Shown here: in pieces, positions 1-8,754 of the stretch
Layout of the letters: each line of letters starts with the position of its first letter
Numbering within the stretch: the stretch's first letter is position 1
DNA from: an uncultured Nitrospiraceae bacterium
GTDB lineage: Bacteria > Nitrospirota > Thermodesulfovibrionia > UBA6902
Direction of reading: 5' to 3'
Length of the DNA stretch: 33,332 nucleotides
Assembly: GCA_964347155.1 (NCBI GenBank)
Contig: CAYFXR010000149.1
Location: 1-33,332, forward strand
Translations under genes and position numbers: made by a program
The notes under the pieces: generated by a model
Database searches by the model: none
What the model was told of the DNA's origin: nothing
What the model saw: the letters and a program-made list of their open reading frames with translations, nothing else

Positions 1-240
1 CTGGCGGGAGAGGGAAAGGGTGAGGGGGAACAAATTAATCAATCACCCCCACCTTAATCCTCCCCCGTCAAGGGGGAGGAGAATTAAGATGCCCCGCCTT
101 GTAGGCGGGGAGCTTCACTAACATGATGTTTAATCGGGAACGATTAAACAACCAAGAAAATATGTTTCGTCAATAGTCTGAACCGTTCAAACGCTTGGAA
201 CGGATGAAACGGTTTAAAACGCCTGCATTATTTGGGTTAA
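1..240 (+). repeat. Partial copy (window-truncated) of the MITE-like element family with GC-rich hairpin cassette; right terminus CTGCATTAT-TTGGGTTAA at ~221-240
   Basis: Right end matches family terminus (gcctgcattatttgggttaa). Body has G/C-stem hairpins (cctcccccgtcaagggggagg; ccccgccttgtaggcgggg) and GAACCGTTC-type mini-palindromes. Confidence 0.55.
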
Positions 241-312
241 GGATTGAAGGGGGGACTGCAAGATCATGCAGATATGTGAAAAAAATTGTATTTTTTTTGA
301 AAAGAATACAAA

Positions 313-337
313 TTTTTGAGCAATGCCTGCATAATAT
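313..337 (-). repeat. Solo terminal fragment of the repeat family (reverse orientation), abutting the aminotransferase start
   Basis: ttgagcaatgcctgcataat is the reverse complement of the family left terminus ATAATGCAGGCATTGCTCAA (cf. 31751-31775). Confidence 0.5.
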
Positions 338-340
338 GGT

Positions 341-1483
341 TTGAGGATTCTTATAGTGAAGAGAAAATTTATTGATAAGATATCACCCTTTATGGTAATG
401 GATATCCTTGCAAAGGCAAGGACAATGCCTCATGCCGTTCATATGGAAGTGGGAGAACCTGATCTTCCGCCTTCTATGAGGGTAAAAGAGGCTTATATAA
501 AAGCTGTCAGGGATAACCAATTTCATTATACTCCTGCTAAAGGACTAAAAGAATTGAGGGAAAGAATAGCGGAATATTATCAGAAGACATACAATGTTTC
601 TGTTTCACCTGAACGGATAATAATTACCCCAGGAACATCCGGGGCATTTATGGTAGTCTTTGCATTACTTACTGATATGGAAAAGAGGCTTATCCTTTCG
701 GATCCTTCGTATCCATGTTATAAGAATTTTGCCTATTTCCTTGAAACAGAACCTGTATTTTTTCCGGTTGGAAAAGATACCGATTATGAAATATTGCCTG
801 AAGCTGTTAAATCTCTTAAAGAAGTTGGTGCACTTGTCGTATCATCTCCAGCGAACCCGGTGGGTAATCTTTACAGAGAAAGAACATTGAAAGAACTGAT
901 CAGATTTTCTGAAGAAAGAGACTTCCGGTTTATATCCGACGAGATATATCACGGACTGGTTTATGATAAAAAGGAAAGCACAGCCCTCGAATTTTCTGAC
1001 AGGGTTGTTGTAATAAATAGTTTTTCAAAATTCTTCTGCATGCCGGGGTTCAGGGTAGGATGGATGATACTGCCAGAAGAGCTTGTGCGAAAGGCAGAGA
1101 TAATTGTGCAGAATATTTTTATTGCTGCCAATACACCGGCACAATATGCTGCCCTTGAGGCCTTCGACGATACCTTCCTTCTCTCTATAAGAAATACATT
1201 TAAACAGAGGAGAGACTTTCTGTATAATGAACTAAAAGATACACTTACTATTGACGTTGTGCCTGATGGTGCCTTCTACATCTGGGCTGATATCAGTAGG
1301 TATAGTAATGATTCAATGGAATTCTGTCAGAAAATTCTTGATGAAAAAGCAGTTGCAGTCACACCGGGAATTGATTTTGGTAAAAACCAGACAGAAAACT
1401 ATATAAGGTTTGCATACACTCAGGATATATCCAAGCTTAAAATAGGGATAGAACGTTTAAAAGAGTTTTTAAAGAAAGTTTAA
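341..1483 (+). CDS. Class I/II PLP-dependent aminotransferase (aspartate/aromatic aminotransferase-like)
   Basis: 380-aa ORF with SFSKxxxMxGxRxGW lysine motif and GEPD N-terminal motif. Start is a non-ATG (TTG 341 or GTG 356), because the conserved N-terminal segment KISPF precedes the first ATG at 392. Confidence 0.85.
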   Translation: MRILIVKRKFIDKISPFMVMDILAKARTMPHAVHMEVGEPDLPPSMRVKEAYIKAVRDNQFHYTPAKGLKELRERIAEYYQKTYNVSVSPERIIITPGTSGAFMVVFALLTDMEKRLILSDPSYPCYKNFAYFLETEPVFFPVGKDTDYEILPEAVKSLKEVGALVVSSPANPVGNLYRERTLKELIRFSEERDFRFISDEIYHGLVYDKKESTALEFSDRVVVINSFSKFFCMPGFRVGWMILPEELVRKAEIIVQNIFIAANTPAQYAALEAFDDTFLLSIRNTFKQRRDFLYNELKDTLTIDVVPDGAFYIWADISRYSNDSMEFCQKILDEKAVAVTPGIDFGKNQTENYIRFAYTQDISKLKIGIERLKEFLKKV

Positions 1484-1917
1484 ACTGTTTTTTTAAGATC
1501 CTCAGTCAAACTTTGAATCTTCTCTTTAATTTCATCTCTTGCTTTACGAAATGCATTCATAATTTTTTCCTCTGTCCCTGTCGTACCAACCGGGTCGTTA
1601 ATCGGCCAGTGAATCCTTTTTATCTCTGTGGGATTTACCGGGCATATTACTTCTGCATTTCCGCATAGAGTTAGTATTATATCCATGCTTTTCAACAGGT
1701 CCAATTCCATAACCTTTGAACGCTGTTTTGATATATCAATACCAATTTCTTTCATAACTTCTATTGCCCTTGGATGAACATAAAATTCAAAAAGCCCGGC
1801 ACTGTACGGTTCAATAATTTCTTTGCTAAAGTGTCGCGCAAGTCCTTCTGCAATCTGACTCCGGCAGGAATTGGCAGTGCATAGAAACATGACTTTATAT
1901 TTCTTTCTCTCTGTCAT
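1480..1917 (-). CDS. arsC: Arsenate reductase, thioredoxin-coupled LMW-PTP family (ArsC)
   Basis: 145 aa. The CTANSCRS P-loop (Cys13), TLCGNA and VICP cysteines are colinear with the Bacillus/Staphylococcus ArsC catalytic Cys triad. Overlaps the convergent aminotransferase by 4 nt. Confidence 0.8.
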   Translation of the reverse strand: MTERKKYKVMFLCTANSCRSQIAEGLARHFSKEIIEPYSAGLFEFYVHPRAIEVMKEIGIDISKQRSKVMELDLLKSMDIILTLCGNAEVICPVNPTEIKRIHWPINDPVGTTGTEEKIMNAFRKARDEIKEKIQSLTEDLKKTV

Positions 1918-2061
1918 TTAATCACAATTTTATAAAAGGTAATTTGATATCTGATGTGAGCGACCTATGCAGCCGCAATAAATGCGGCATATCGCTCTCT
2001 CGATTCGCCGGGCGAAAAGCTTGCGTTTACAATTTTTAAAAAGATCGATCAACTACATATT

Positions 2062-2243
2062 TTAACCCAAATAATGCAGACATTGCTCAATAAATTATTT
2101 AACTCGATAAATTTATTATTAAATTGTGCATATGGCTTTGAATAAACGTATTTACACTCGATCAATTAATATTGCGTTTAAGGTATCGAAAAATAATTTC
2201 TTTCACAAAGCCTGCATTATGTGAAATGCATTTTTGGGGTTAA
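2062..2243 (+). mobile_element. MITE-like element, sub-family 1, full copy (copy A)
   Basis: TIRs: TTAACCCAAATAATGCAGAC ... GCCTGCATTATGTGAAATGCATTTTTGGGGTTAA. Copies at 31743-31925 (+) and 11813-11995 (-) are >90% identical. Confidence 0.7.
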
Positions 2244-2366
2244 CGTTTTTTTGATAAAAAGATAAACAATGTATAACAAGACAATAAAAGAGTATCTATA
2301 AATTATGAAGAATACTGGCAGGGAATATAAGGAAGGAATTAATTAGTAATGGCTGGTAAGATTCGG

Positions 2367-3014
2367 TTACTTTTTACTTTTTATCTTTTCAAGCAGATCG
2401 CTTGCAAAGTCTTTATCTGATTTTTTTAAGACATTATATTCTTTTCTTGCTAAGTCTAATGACTTTTTACTTAATTCGACATAGGCAACACCAAGGTGAT
2501 AGCGGGCTTCTGCAAATGTGGGCTTAATCTTTACAGCTTTTTTATATGATTCAATAGCTTTTTCATATCTTTCCAGCTCGCTGTATATGTTACCGAGCGT
2601 AAAATACGCATTTGCATCTCTCGGTTTAAGTGTAACGGCTTTTTGAAGTGCTTTAATTGCTTCATCATTCTTGCCAAGCATGGAAGAGAGCATACCAAGT
2701 GAGTAGAGAGCATCTCCATATTTGGGATTTATTTTAACGGCGTTCTTATACGCATCATGTGCTTCTGAATACCTGTGAATGTTGAAGTATGCGTTACCAA
2801 GATGATGGTATGCCTCGGCATAATCGGGTTTTAGTTCAATGGCATGTTGAAAAGCGTCGATAGCTTCTGAATATTCTGTATTTTCACTGTTCTGGACACC
2901 GATATCAAAAAACGTCTCAGCAGAGGGTTCCTGGGCATAGAGGTCCATTGACAGAAAAGCAATTGACAGTGCTACAAGCGTTATTACTTTATAATAGTTC
3001 GATTTGAAAATCAT
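2367..3014 (-). CDS. TPR-repeat protein with N-terminal signal peptide
   Basis: Repeated 34-aa TPR units (AxxYxxLGxxYxxxxxYxxAxxxYxKA). The hydrophobic signal begins at the Met at 3014 (the ORF track extends it to 3062). Confidence 0.8.
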   Translation of the reverse strand: MIFKSNYYKVITLVALSIAFLSMDLYAQEPSAETFFDIGVQNSENTEYSEAIDAFQHAIELKPDYAEAYHHLGNAYFNIHRYSEAHDAYKNAVKINPKYGDALYSLGMLSSMLGKNDEAIKALQKAVTLKPRDANAYFTLGNIYSELERYEKAIESYKKAVKIKPTFAEARYHLGVAYVELSKKSLDLARKEYNVLKKSDKDFASDLLEKIKSKK

Positions 3015-3087
3015 AACTACCCATTTTATCAAAAAATATTTTTTTTTGTAAATAGGTGACAAAATGATAACAGGATGAAATCAATTT

Positions 3088-4092
3088 TTACCCGCCTATT
3101 TTAGACATAGCTTTTATATAGCTGGATAAAGTTATATTCTCATTGAGCAGATGCCTCTGAGGTTTTACTTTTACTGCATAGCAAAAAAGCTCGTCAATCT
3201 CGTTCTCAGTGGCTCCACTCCTCATCGGGGTTTTTATATCAACTGTTAAATCTGAAAAAAGACACGGCCTTATCTTCCCGTTGGCAGTAAGCCGGAGCCT
3301 GTTGCAATAGTTGCAGAAATGATCACTTAACGGACTGATAATTCCGATAACCCCCTTTGCCCCTTCAATCCTGAAATTTCTTGAAGGGCCTCTGCCTTTA
3401 AATTCAAGACGTTTAAGGTTGCCGAGAAATGATATTTTTTCCAGAACTTCTTCTGAACTTATGCATTTGTCTTTTGACCACATTCCGCTACACATTGCAG
3501 GCATGAACTCGATAAATCTTATGTGATATGGGTGGTTTAGAGTAAGCGATGCAAATGACCGTATCTCATCATCATTAAGACCACGTATGGGCACAACATT
3601 TATTTTTACCGGGGAGAGACCGATTTTTTCCGCCTCTCTTATGGATTTCCAGACACGATCAATATCGCCTCCATCGGTTATTTTCCTGTACCTGTCAGAA
3701 TCAAGGGTGTCGAGGCTTATGTTTACGCGGTCGAGACCGGCCCGTTTCAACATCCTGGCGAGTTTTGACAGTATAATTCCATTAGTAGTAAGGCTTAAAT
3801 CATATATGCCTATGTCTTTGATCGATGAAATCAGCTCAATGATATTCTTTCTCAGGAGAGGCTCACCACCGGTAATGCGGACTTTTCTTAAGCCTTGTTT
3901 GTAGGCAATGCGTACAAACCGCACGATCTCTTTATCTGTTAATATATCGGGTTCCTTGAAGTATCTCGGCCTCTTTGAAGGCATGCAGTAAATGCATTTA
4001 AGATTGCATTTATCCGTTATGGATATTCGGAGGTAATCTATACGGCGGTCAAAGGAATCTTTGAGAGGATATGTTTTATTTGACTGCTTCAT
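3088..4092 (-). CDS. moaA: GTP 3',8-cyclase MoaA (radical SAM, molybdenum cofactor biosynthesis)
   Basis: CNLKCIYCMP radical-SAM motif, a YLRISITDKCN N-terminus and C-terminal CxxCxxxxxxxxxxxxxC. The likely start is the ATG at 4092 (the ORF track starts at TTG 4110). Confidence 0.9.
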   Translation of the reverse strand: MKQSNKTYPLKDSFDRRIDYLRISITDKCNLKCIYCMPSKRPRYFKEPDILTDKEIVRFVRIAYKQGLRKVRITGGEPLLRKNIIELISSIKDIGIYDLSLTTNGIILSKLARMLKRAGLDRVNISLDTLDSDRYRKITDGGDIDRVWKSIREAEKIGLSPVKINVVPIRGLNDDEIRSFASLTLNHPYHIRFIEFMPAMCSGMWSKDKCISSEEVLEKISFLGNLKRLEFKGRGPSRNFRIEGAKGVIGIISPLSDHFCNYCNRLRLTANGKIRPCLFSDLTVDIKTPMRSGATENEIDELFCYAVKVKPQRHLLNENITLSSYIKAMSKIGG

Positions 4093-4176
4093 ATGCTGTT
4101 TTATTAACAACGCTTCATGTAAATTCGTTTTAACAGTTCCAGCCGTTCCAAATGTTCCAACGGATGGAACTGCTCA

Positions 4177-4201
4177 AACGGTTCAAACTGTTTGAACCGT
4201 T
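4177..4201. promoter_or_regulatory. Perfect 12-1-12 palindrome AACGGTTCAAAC-T-GTTTGAACCGTT between the moeA-like stop and moaA start
   Basis: Seen directly. Overlaps the stop codon of the upstream minus-strand gene. Related GTTCCAACGG/GGAAC half-sites lie at 4141-4170. Confidence 0.45.
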
Positions 4202-5306
4202 ATTTTCCAAACGGACAAACCGGAAAACGGCATTGATCACATTTTAAACACAGCCCTCCATGTCCGAGTTCCGCGATTTCCTTTCTACCTATCCTTTCAC
4301 CTGCAAGAACCCTTGGAAGTACTAGGTCAAATACGGTTATACTGGCGTACATGCCGCAGGCTGGTATACCAAGAATCGGGATGAGTTCAGAGTTTCGAGA
4401 AGTGAGATCCGAACTGTTAATTTTTAGATATGCTATAAGAAACATGGATCCGGGCTGAACAGGAGATCCATAATACATTTCTTCGACACCAAGATTTCTG
4501 ATCGCGAACCTTGTAACGTCATCAGGGTCAACAGACATGCCGCCTGTTGTGATAATAAGGTCTGCTCCCGTATCTATCAACTCTCTGATTCTTTCTTCGA
4601 TAAATTGAGCATCGTCAGGAGCAAAGTATACCCCGATGATTTTTCCATCTAGATGTTCTATTTTTTTTCTTATTACAGGCTCAAAGGCGTCCTTTATTTT
4701 TCCATGGTAGACTTCATTCCCTGTTATTACTACCCCTGTCTTGGGCTTTTTTATTTTTTTTACGCTTAAGACACCTCCTGCATCTACGGCTATTCTGACC
4801 GAATCCTCGACAATAGATTTTTTAACTACCAGAGGGATAGCCCTTGTTCCGGCAACAAGCTGTCCTTCTTTAACAATAGAGTTGTTATGAATCGTTGCGC
4901 ACGTAACCTCGCCGAGCAGATTGAATTCAAGGAGAGCTTTACGTTCTATTTTCAACAATCCATCTTTTTCAGCAACGAGATTTATTTTGCCTTCGTTCGG
5001 GTCTCCAGCCATTTTTACACCATCACCTGCAAGGGCCTTAGCAATTGCATATGCCGCATCGTTTTCATGCATCTCGTCTTCTTTCATCTCGAGGATAAAA
5101 AGATTTTCCTTCCCAAGTCTCTGGAGATGTTCAATATCCTTTTCTTGTATGATATGCCCTTTTTTAAACGCCCTGCCTTTGAATTCACCGGGTCTTATTT
5201 CGGTTATGTCATGTGACAATACCATTCCTACGGCTTCAGTTACGGGGACTGCCTTTGCACTGATACTTTTACTTTTATTGGTATCCATTTCTGTGATTTC
5301 ACACAT
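4200..5306 (-). CDS. MoeA/MogA-family molybdopterin-binding (MoCF biosynthesis domain) protein with C-terminal Cys cluster
   Basis: KTGVVITGNEV...TTGGMSVDPDDVT matches the MoCF_biosynth fold. The N-terminus is MoeA-like. C-terminal CLKCDQCRFPVCP. Adjacent to moaA. Confidence 0.6.
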   Translation of the reverse strand: MCEITEMDTNKSKSISAKAVPVTEAVGMVLSHDITEIRPGEFKGRAFKKGHIIQEKDIEHLQRLGKENLFILEMKEDEMHENDAAYAIAKALAGDGVKMAGDPNEGKINLVAEKDGLLKIERKALLEFNLLGEVTCATIHNNSIVKEGQLVAGTRAIPLVVKKSIVEDSVRIAVDAGGVLSVKKIKKPKTGVVITGNEVYHGKIKDAFEPVIRKKIEHLDGKIIGVYFAPDDAQFIEERIRELIDTGADLIITTGGMSVDPDDVTRFAIRNLGVEEMYYGSPVQPGSMFLIAYLKINSSDLTSRNSELIPILGIPACGMYASITVFDLVLPRVLAGERIGRKEIAELGHGGLCLKCDQCRFPVCPFGK

Positions 5307-5363
5307 GATTCCTCCATAGTTAGGTTTCCAGACTTGTACTATAATAAAGCTATCGTATCTCTT

Positions 5364-6122
5364 TTAAAACTTGATAACTTTTCTGGTTAAGAAAATAATT
5401 GCGACTATGATTACCGCCCCCAATATTTTTTCCATAGATTTTGGGGAAAATTTAAATGAACCCATAAATGAACCAACTGTCCCTCCGGCTAAAACTGCTG
5501 CTATAAGTGGAATGTAATTTGTTAAATCGATCGAATTGTATTGAAGACGGGATAGCAACCCAAAGCAGGAATTAAGCCAAATGAAAATAGCTCCACAGGC
5601 AGCGGCTTCTTTTTCAGTGCCTAACCCTAAGATTATTATTAAAGGGACAAGGTAAATACCGCCGCCAATTCCGACTATTCCTGCAAACAGACCAAGTACT
5701 GAACCGGCAATTAATGAGATGATTATTTTTCCATTTTGATTAATGTTCAGTTTGATAGTTGTGTTTTCCCAAGCGTATATTCGTAATGCCACAAAAACCA
5801 AAGATATTAATAGCATCCAGTAGAATATTTCTTTTGGTAGTCTAAGCGACCCCCCCAAATACGCCATAGGGATTGAAGATAGCAAAAAGGGCACAATAAG
5901 CTTTATCCTGGCATGCTTGTTTCGAATAAAGTTAACGCTTCCAACTGACGTAACAAATAAATTCAGTGACAATGAAATCATGGGTATTGCCAGTGAACTT
6001 ATCCCAAAGATAGCCATCAATGCAGTATAGGAGGAACCGCCACCGAGCCCCACGGAAGAATAAGTGAATGCCACAAGAAAAAATAAAAATGCTAAAACGT
6101 ATGGTGATCCAATTATTTCCAA
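5364..6122 (-). CDS. TSUP (TauE/SafE) family anion permease
   Basis: 252 aa, ~8 TM segments, duplicated G-x-G-G-G motifs (GLGGGSSY / GIGGGIYLVP). Confidence 0.8.
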   Translation of the reverse strand: MEIIGSPYVLAFLFFLVAFTYSSVGLGGGSSYTALMAIFGISSLAIPMISLSLNLFVTSVGSVNFIRNKHARIKLIVPFLLSSIPMAYLGGSLRLPKEIFYWMLLISLVFVALRIYAWENTTIKLNINQNGKIIISLIAGSVLGLFAGIVGIGGGIYLVPLIIILGLGTEKEAAACGAIFIWLNSCFGLLSRLQYNSIDLTNYIPLIAAVLAGGTVGSFMGSFKFSPKSMEKILGAVIIVAIIFLTRKVIKF

Positions 6123-6259
6123 AAGGCATGCCTCCTTACATGAGCTGTCAGATTTAAGCTATTAGCCATAAGCTAAAAAATTATGAGCTTAACGCTTATA
6201 GCCAAAAGCTGTCGTCGTAGCATCGTTGCATAACGCACCCAAAAAATTAAATTAAAAAA

Positions 6260-6601
6260 TCAACTTCTCCCGTTGCCAAATACTTCGATGAATTTCTTAT
6301 CGAGCATCTCATTCACGCCTTCTTCAAGTAGTTCATATTTCCTTAAAAATGTTTTTGCCTCTTTTGTTAATAATGCCCCGCCGCCGTGAAGCCCCCCGGC
6401 TCTTCTTTCCACAAGTCTTGTTCCGAGCCTTTGTTCCATTGTCTGTATATAACTCAGAGCCTTTCTGAATGATATATTGATGTCTTTTGCTGCCTTATTA
6501 ATTGACCCCAATTTATCAATAGCCTTCAGTAAAGCCTCCCTGCCTCTGCCGAAAACAGGTTCGCCATCAACCTCAAGCCAGATCTTTGAGCGAATCTGCA
6601 T
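6260..6601 (-). CDS. ModE-like N-terminal winged-helix regulator (molybdate-responsive regulator HTH domain only, no Mop domains)
   Basis: 113 aa. FGRGREALLKAIDKLGSINKAAKDINISFRKALSYI is the ModE N-domain signature. It lacks the C-terminal di-Mop domains of full-length ModE. Confidence 0.7.
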   Translation of the reverse strand: MQIRSKIWLEVDGEPVFGRGREALLKAIDKLGSINKAAKDINISFRKALSYIQTMEQRLGTRLVERRAGGLHGGGALLTKEAKTFLRKYELLEEGVNEMLDKKFIEVFGNGRS

Positions 6602-6712
6602 AGTATCGTTATAACATATTTGTCACAACGGTGTAAAGAAAAAAATGTCAAAATGCAATTATCGGAGGCATAGATAACTTCGAAATATTTAAAAATGCAA
6701 CATGATTACCAG

Positions 6713-6781
6713 ATGCCATTTTGCAATCGATAAAAATTTTTTACATACATTTATACTGTTATGATTGCAAAATGGCATGTT
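6713..6781. promoter_or_regulatory. 15-bp inverted repeat TGCCATTTTGCAATC ...37 nt... GATTGCAAAATGGCA upstream of the modE-like gene
   Basis: Seen directly. Located in the 285-bp gap between the fmdE-like and modE-like genes. Confidence 0.4.
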
Positions 6782-6886
6782 TAAAGGAGTTGCTTTTAAA
6801 GCTTTTTTCAGGTATCTATGCCTGTTATTTGCATAGGGAAATGACGTAAAAGAACAAAGAAACTGCGGAAATGTGGGACTGCTGTA

Positions 6887-7489
6887 CTATGGCGATTTAT
6901 AATAGGATCCCTGGGCACAGGCTTTACAGAAAAGTCTGCCGTTTACATTGACATCCCTCTTGTCCTGGACGTATTCACCACATTTTTCGCATTTAATTCT
7001 CCGAACGGGCCTTCCGGGCATATCCTCTTCAGGTACTTCAACGCTTACATTTGTCCATTCGAATAATTCGTTATCAGGCATGATCTTATAAGCTTCAAGC
7101 TGGCATTTATATTTATCTTCAATATCTGGAAAATAATTTTTTGCCTTGTCTTTGGATTCCTCTTTCGCAAGAATTCTTACCGCTTTTCCTGTTTTCAGAT
7201 TTGCATAAGTAGCTGCCATCTTTCCGAAATCAAGAAATTTTAACGACCTTTTACCCAGGCTGCAGCCGGTAACGGACTGTATTGCATCGGTAGCGCACCG
7301 GTCTATTTCAACATACACAATGAGCTTCTTTCTATCCTGCCCCTTTGGATCATTTATCCCTATCAACTCAAGTCCTAAAATGCTCATCCTTACACCAAGG
7401 ACCTGTCCAGGGCAAAGATGTCCATGTGTTTTTACTGATTCCTCGAGGAGTCTCTCAAAACCGAGTTTATCTAACATCTCATATTCCAT
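6887..7489 (-). CDS. FmdE/FwdE-domain protein with C-terminal zinc ribbon
   Basis: HGHLCPGQVLGVRM motif characteristic of the FmdE family. C-terminal CEKCGEY...CKAC. Confidence 0.75.
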   Translation of the reverse strand: MEYEMLDKLGFERLLEESVKTHGHLCPGQVLGVRMSILGLELIGINDPKGQDRKKLIVYVEIDRCATDAIQSVTGCSLGKRSLKFLDFGKMAATYANLKTGKAVRILAKEESKDKAKNYFPDIEDKYKCQLEAYKIMPDNELFEWTNVSVEVPEEDMPGRPVRRIKCEKCGEYVQDKRDVNVNGRLFCKACAQGSYYKSP

Positions 7490-7611
7490 CTCCTATTTTT
7501 ATCCAACCTGCAAATTTTCTTTTACTTATTTCAATGTATAGTACCTGCTTTGCTTCAAAAAAGCCAATCCAAATCCACCTTCAATTTTCTATGATTTTGT
7601 ACCTACTTCCT

Positions 7612-7825
7612 TTACCCAGAAAATGCATTTTAAATAATGCAGGCTTTGGAAGAAAATTTATTTATCGATACATTAGACGCAATTCCAACCAATCTAAGGT
7701 GAATATTTTTATTCCAAGCTATATGCATGATTTAATAGTAAATCCATCCCGTAAAATATTTACTATTTACGGGATAAATCGAATTAAATAAATTTTATTA
7801 CAATGTCTGCATTATTTAAGTTTAA
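7612..7825 (-). mobile_element. MITE-like element, sub-family 2 (copy B), with extra internal hairpin CCCGTAAA..TTTACGGG
   Basis: Reverse complement aligns along its length with 10164-10343. Termini TTACCCAGAAAATGCATTTTAAATAATGCAGG and CAATGTCTGCATTAT. Confidence 0.65.
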
Positions 7826-7899
7826 AAATATTTAATTAAATATATTAATATATTAATTAATTATATTAATTGATATAATAGGTCTTAAGAGAGGGGAAT

Positions 7900-8754
7900 A
7901 TGTTTAAACTCAGTATATTCCTTATAGCATTTCTAATACTTTTCATTAGTACAAATATATCATATGCTAAGGAAAAGGAGATTATCTTTGCCATTTCGCC
8001 AATGGCATCTCCTGTTTCCACTCTCTCTTATTACAATGATTTTATAAGATATCTTTCTAAAAAGACAGGTCTAATGATCATTCCTAAACAGAGGAGAACC
8101 TACGCTGAGATTAACTCCCTTTTAAAGAAGGGCGAAGCAGAGTTCGCCTATACGTGCACCGGGGCTTACATAAGAGGCAATTTTGACTTCGGACTTGAAC
8201 TCCTTGCCGTGCCAGTCATAAATGGCAAGACAAGCTATCATTCATACATAATTGTAAACAAAGAAAGCAAGATCGAGATCTTCTCCGGGCTTCGAGGAAG
8301 GGTCTTTGCCTTTACAGACCCGCTCTCATTGACAGGGAGACTGTACATCATACATCTCCTTGATACAATGGGTCTCATACCGGAGGAATTTTTTGAAAAG
8401 ACTTTTTACACATCAAGTCATGAAAAATCAATACAATCTGTGGCAAATGGACTTGCAGATGGGGCGGCAGTTGACAGTCTTATTTTTGACGATATGAAGA
8501 GAAAACATGCCCCGTCCACAAGCAATGTAAGAATTATAAAGATTTCACCGCCTTACGGCATACCTCCGGTTGTGGCGTCTCCTGTTGCGGAAAAATCAAC
8601 CAAGCAGCTTATATTAAAGACCCTTATTAAGATGGCAGAGGATACAACCGGAAGGGAGATTCTCCAGGGAATCCATATTGAAAAATTTATTATTCCTGAC
8701 CCTGCTATTTATAAGACTGCGGCAGAAGTGAGGGAGGCAACATTTCTACGGTGA
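7900..8754 (+). CDS. PhnD/SsuA-family periplasmic solute-binding protein (sensor-associated, AioX/ArxX-like)
   Basis: Signal peptide. PhnD-like fold motifs. Single mature Cys in FAYTCTGAY. A strong SD (AGAGGGGAA) precedes the ATG. Overlaps the kinase start (GTGA). Confidence 0.8.
   Translation: MFKLSIFLIAFLILFISTNISYAKEKEIIFAISPMASPVSTLSYYNDFIRYLSKKTGLMIIPKQRRTYAEINSLLKKGEAEFAYTCTGAYIRGNFDFGLELLAVPVINGKTSYHSYIIVNKESKIEIFSGLRGRVFAFTDPLSLTGRLYIIHLLDTMGLIPEEFFEKTFYTSSHEKSIQSVANGLADGAAVDSLIFDDMKRKHAPSTSNVRIIKISPPYGIPPVVASPVAEKSTKQLILKTLIKMAEDTTGREILQGIHIEKFIIPDPAIYKTAAEVREATFLR

Noticed and set aside
2062-2243. Repeat family as an autonomous IS element
   Set aside because: Too short (~180 bp) and without any transposase ORF. 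Interpreted as a non-autonomous MITE-like element or structured intergenic repeat.
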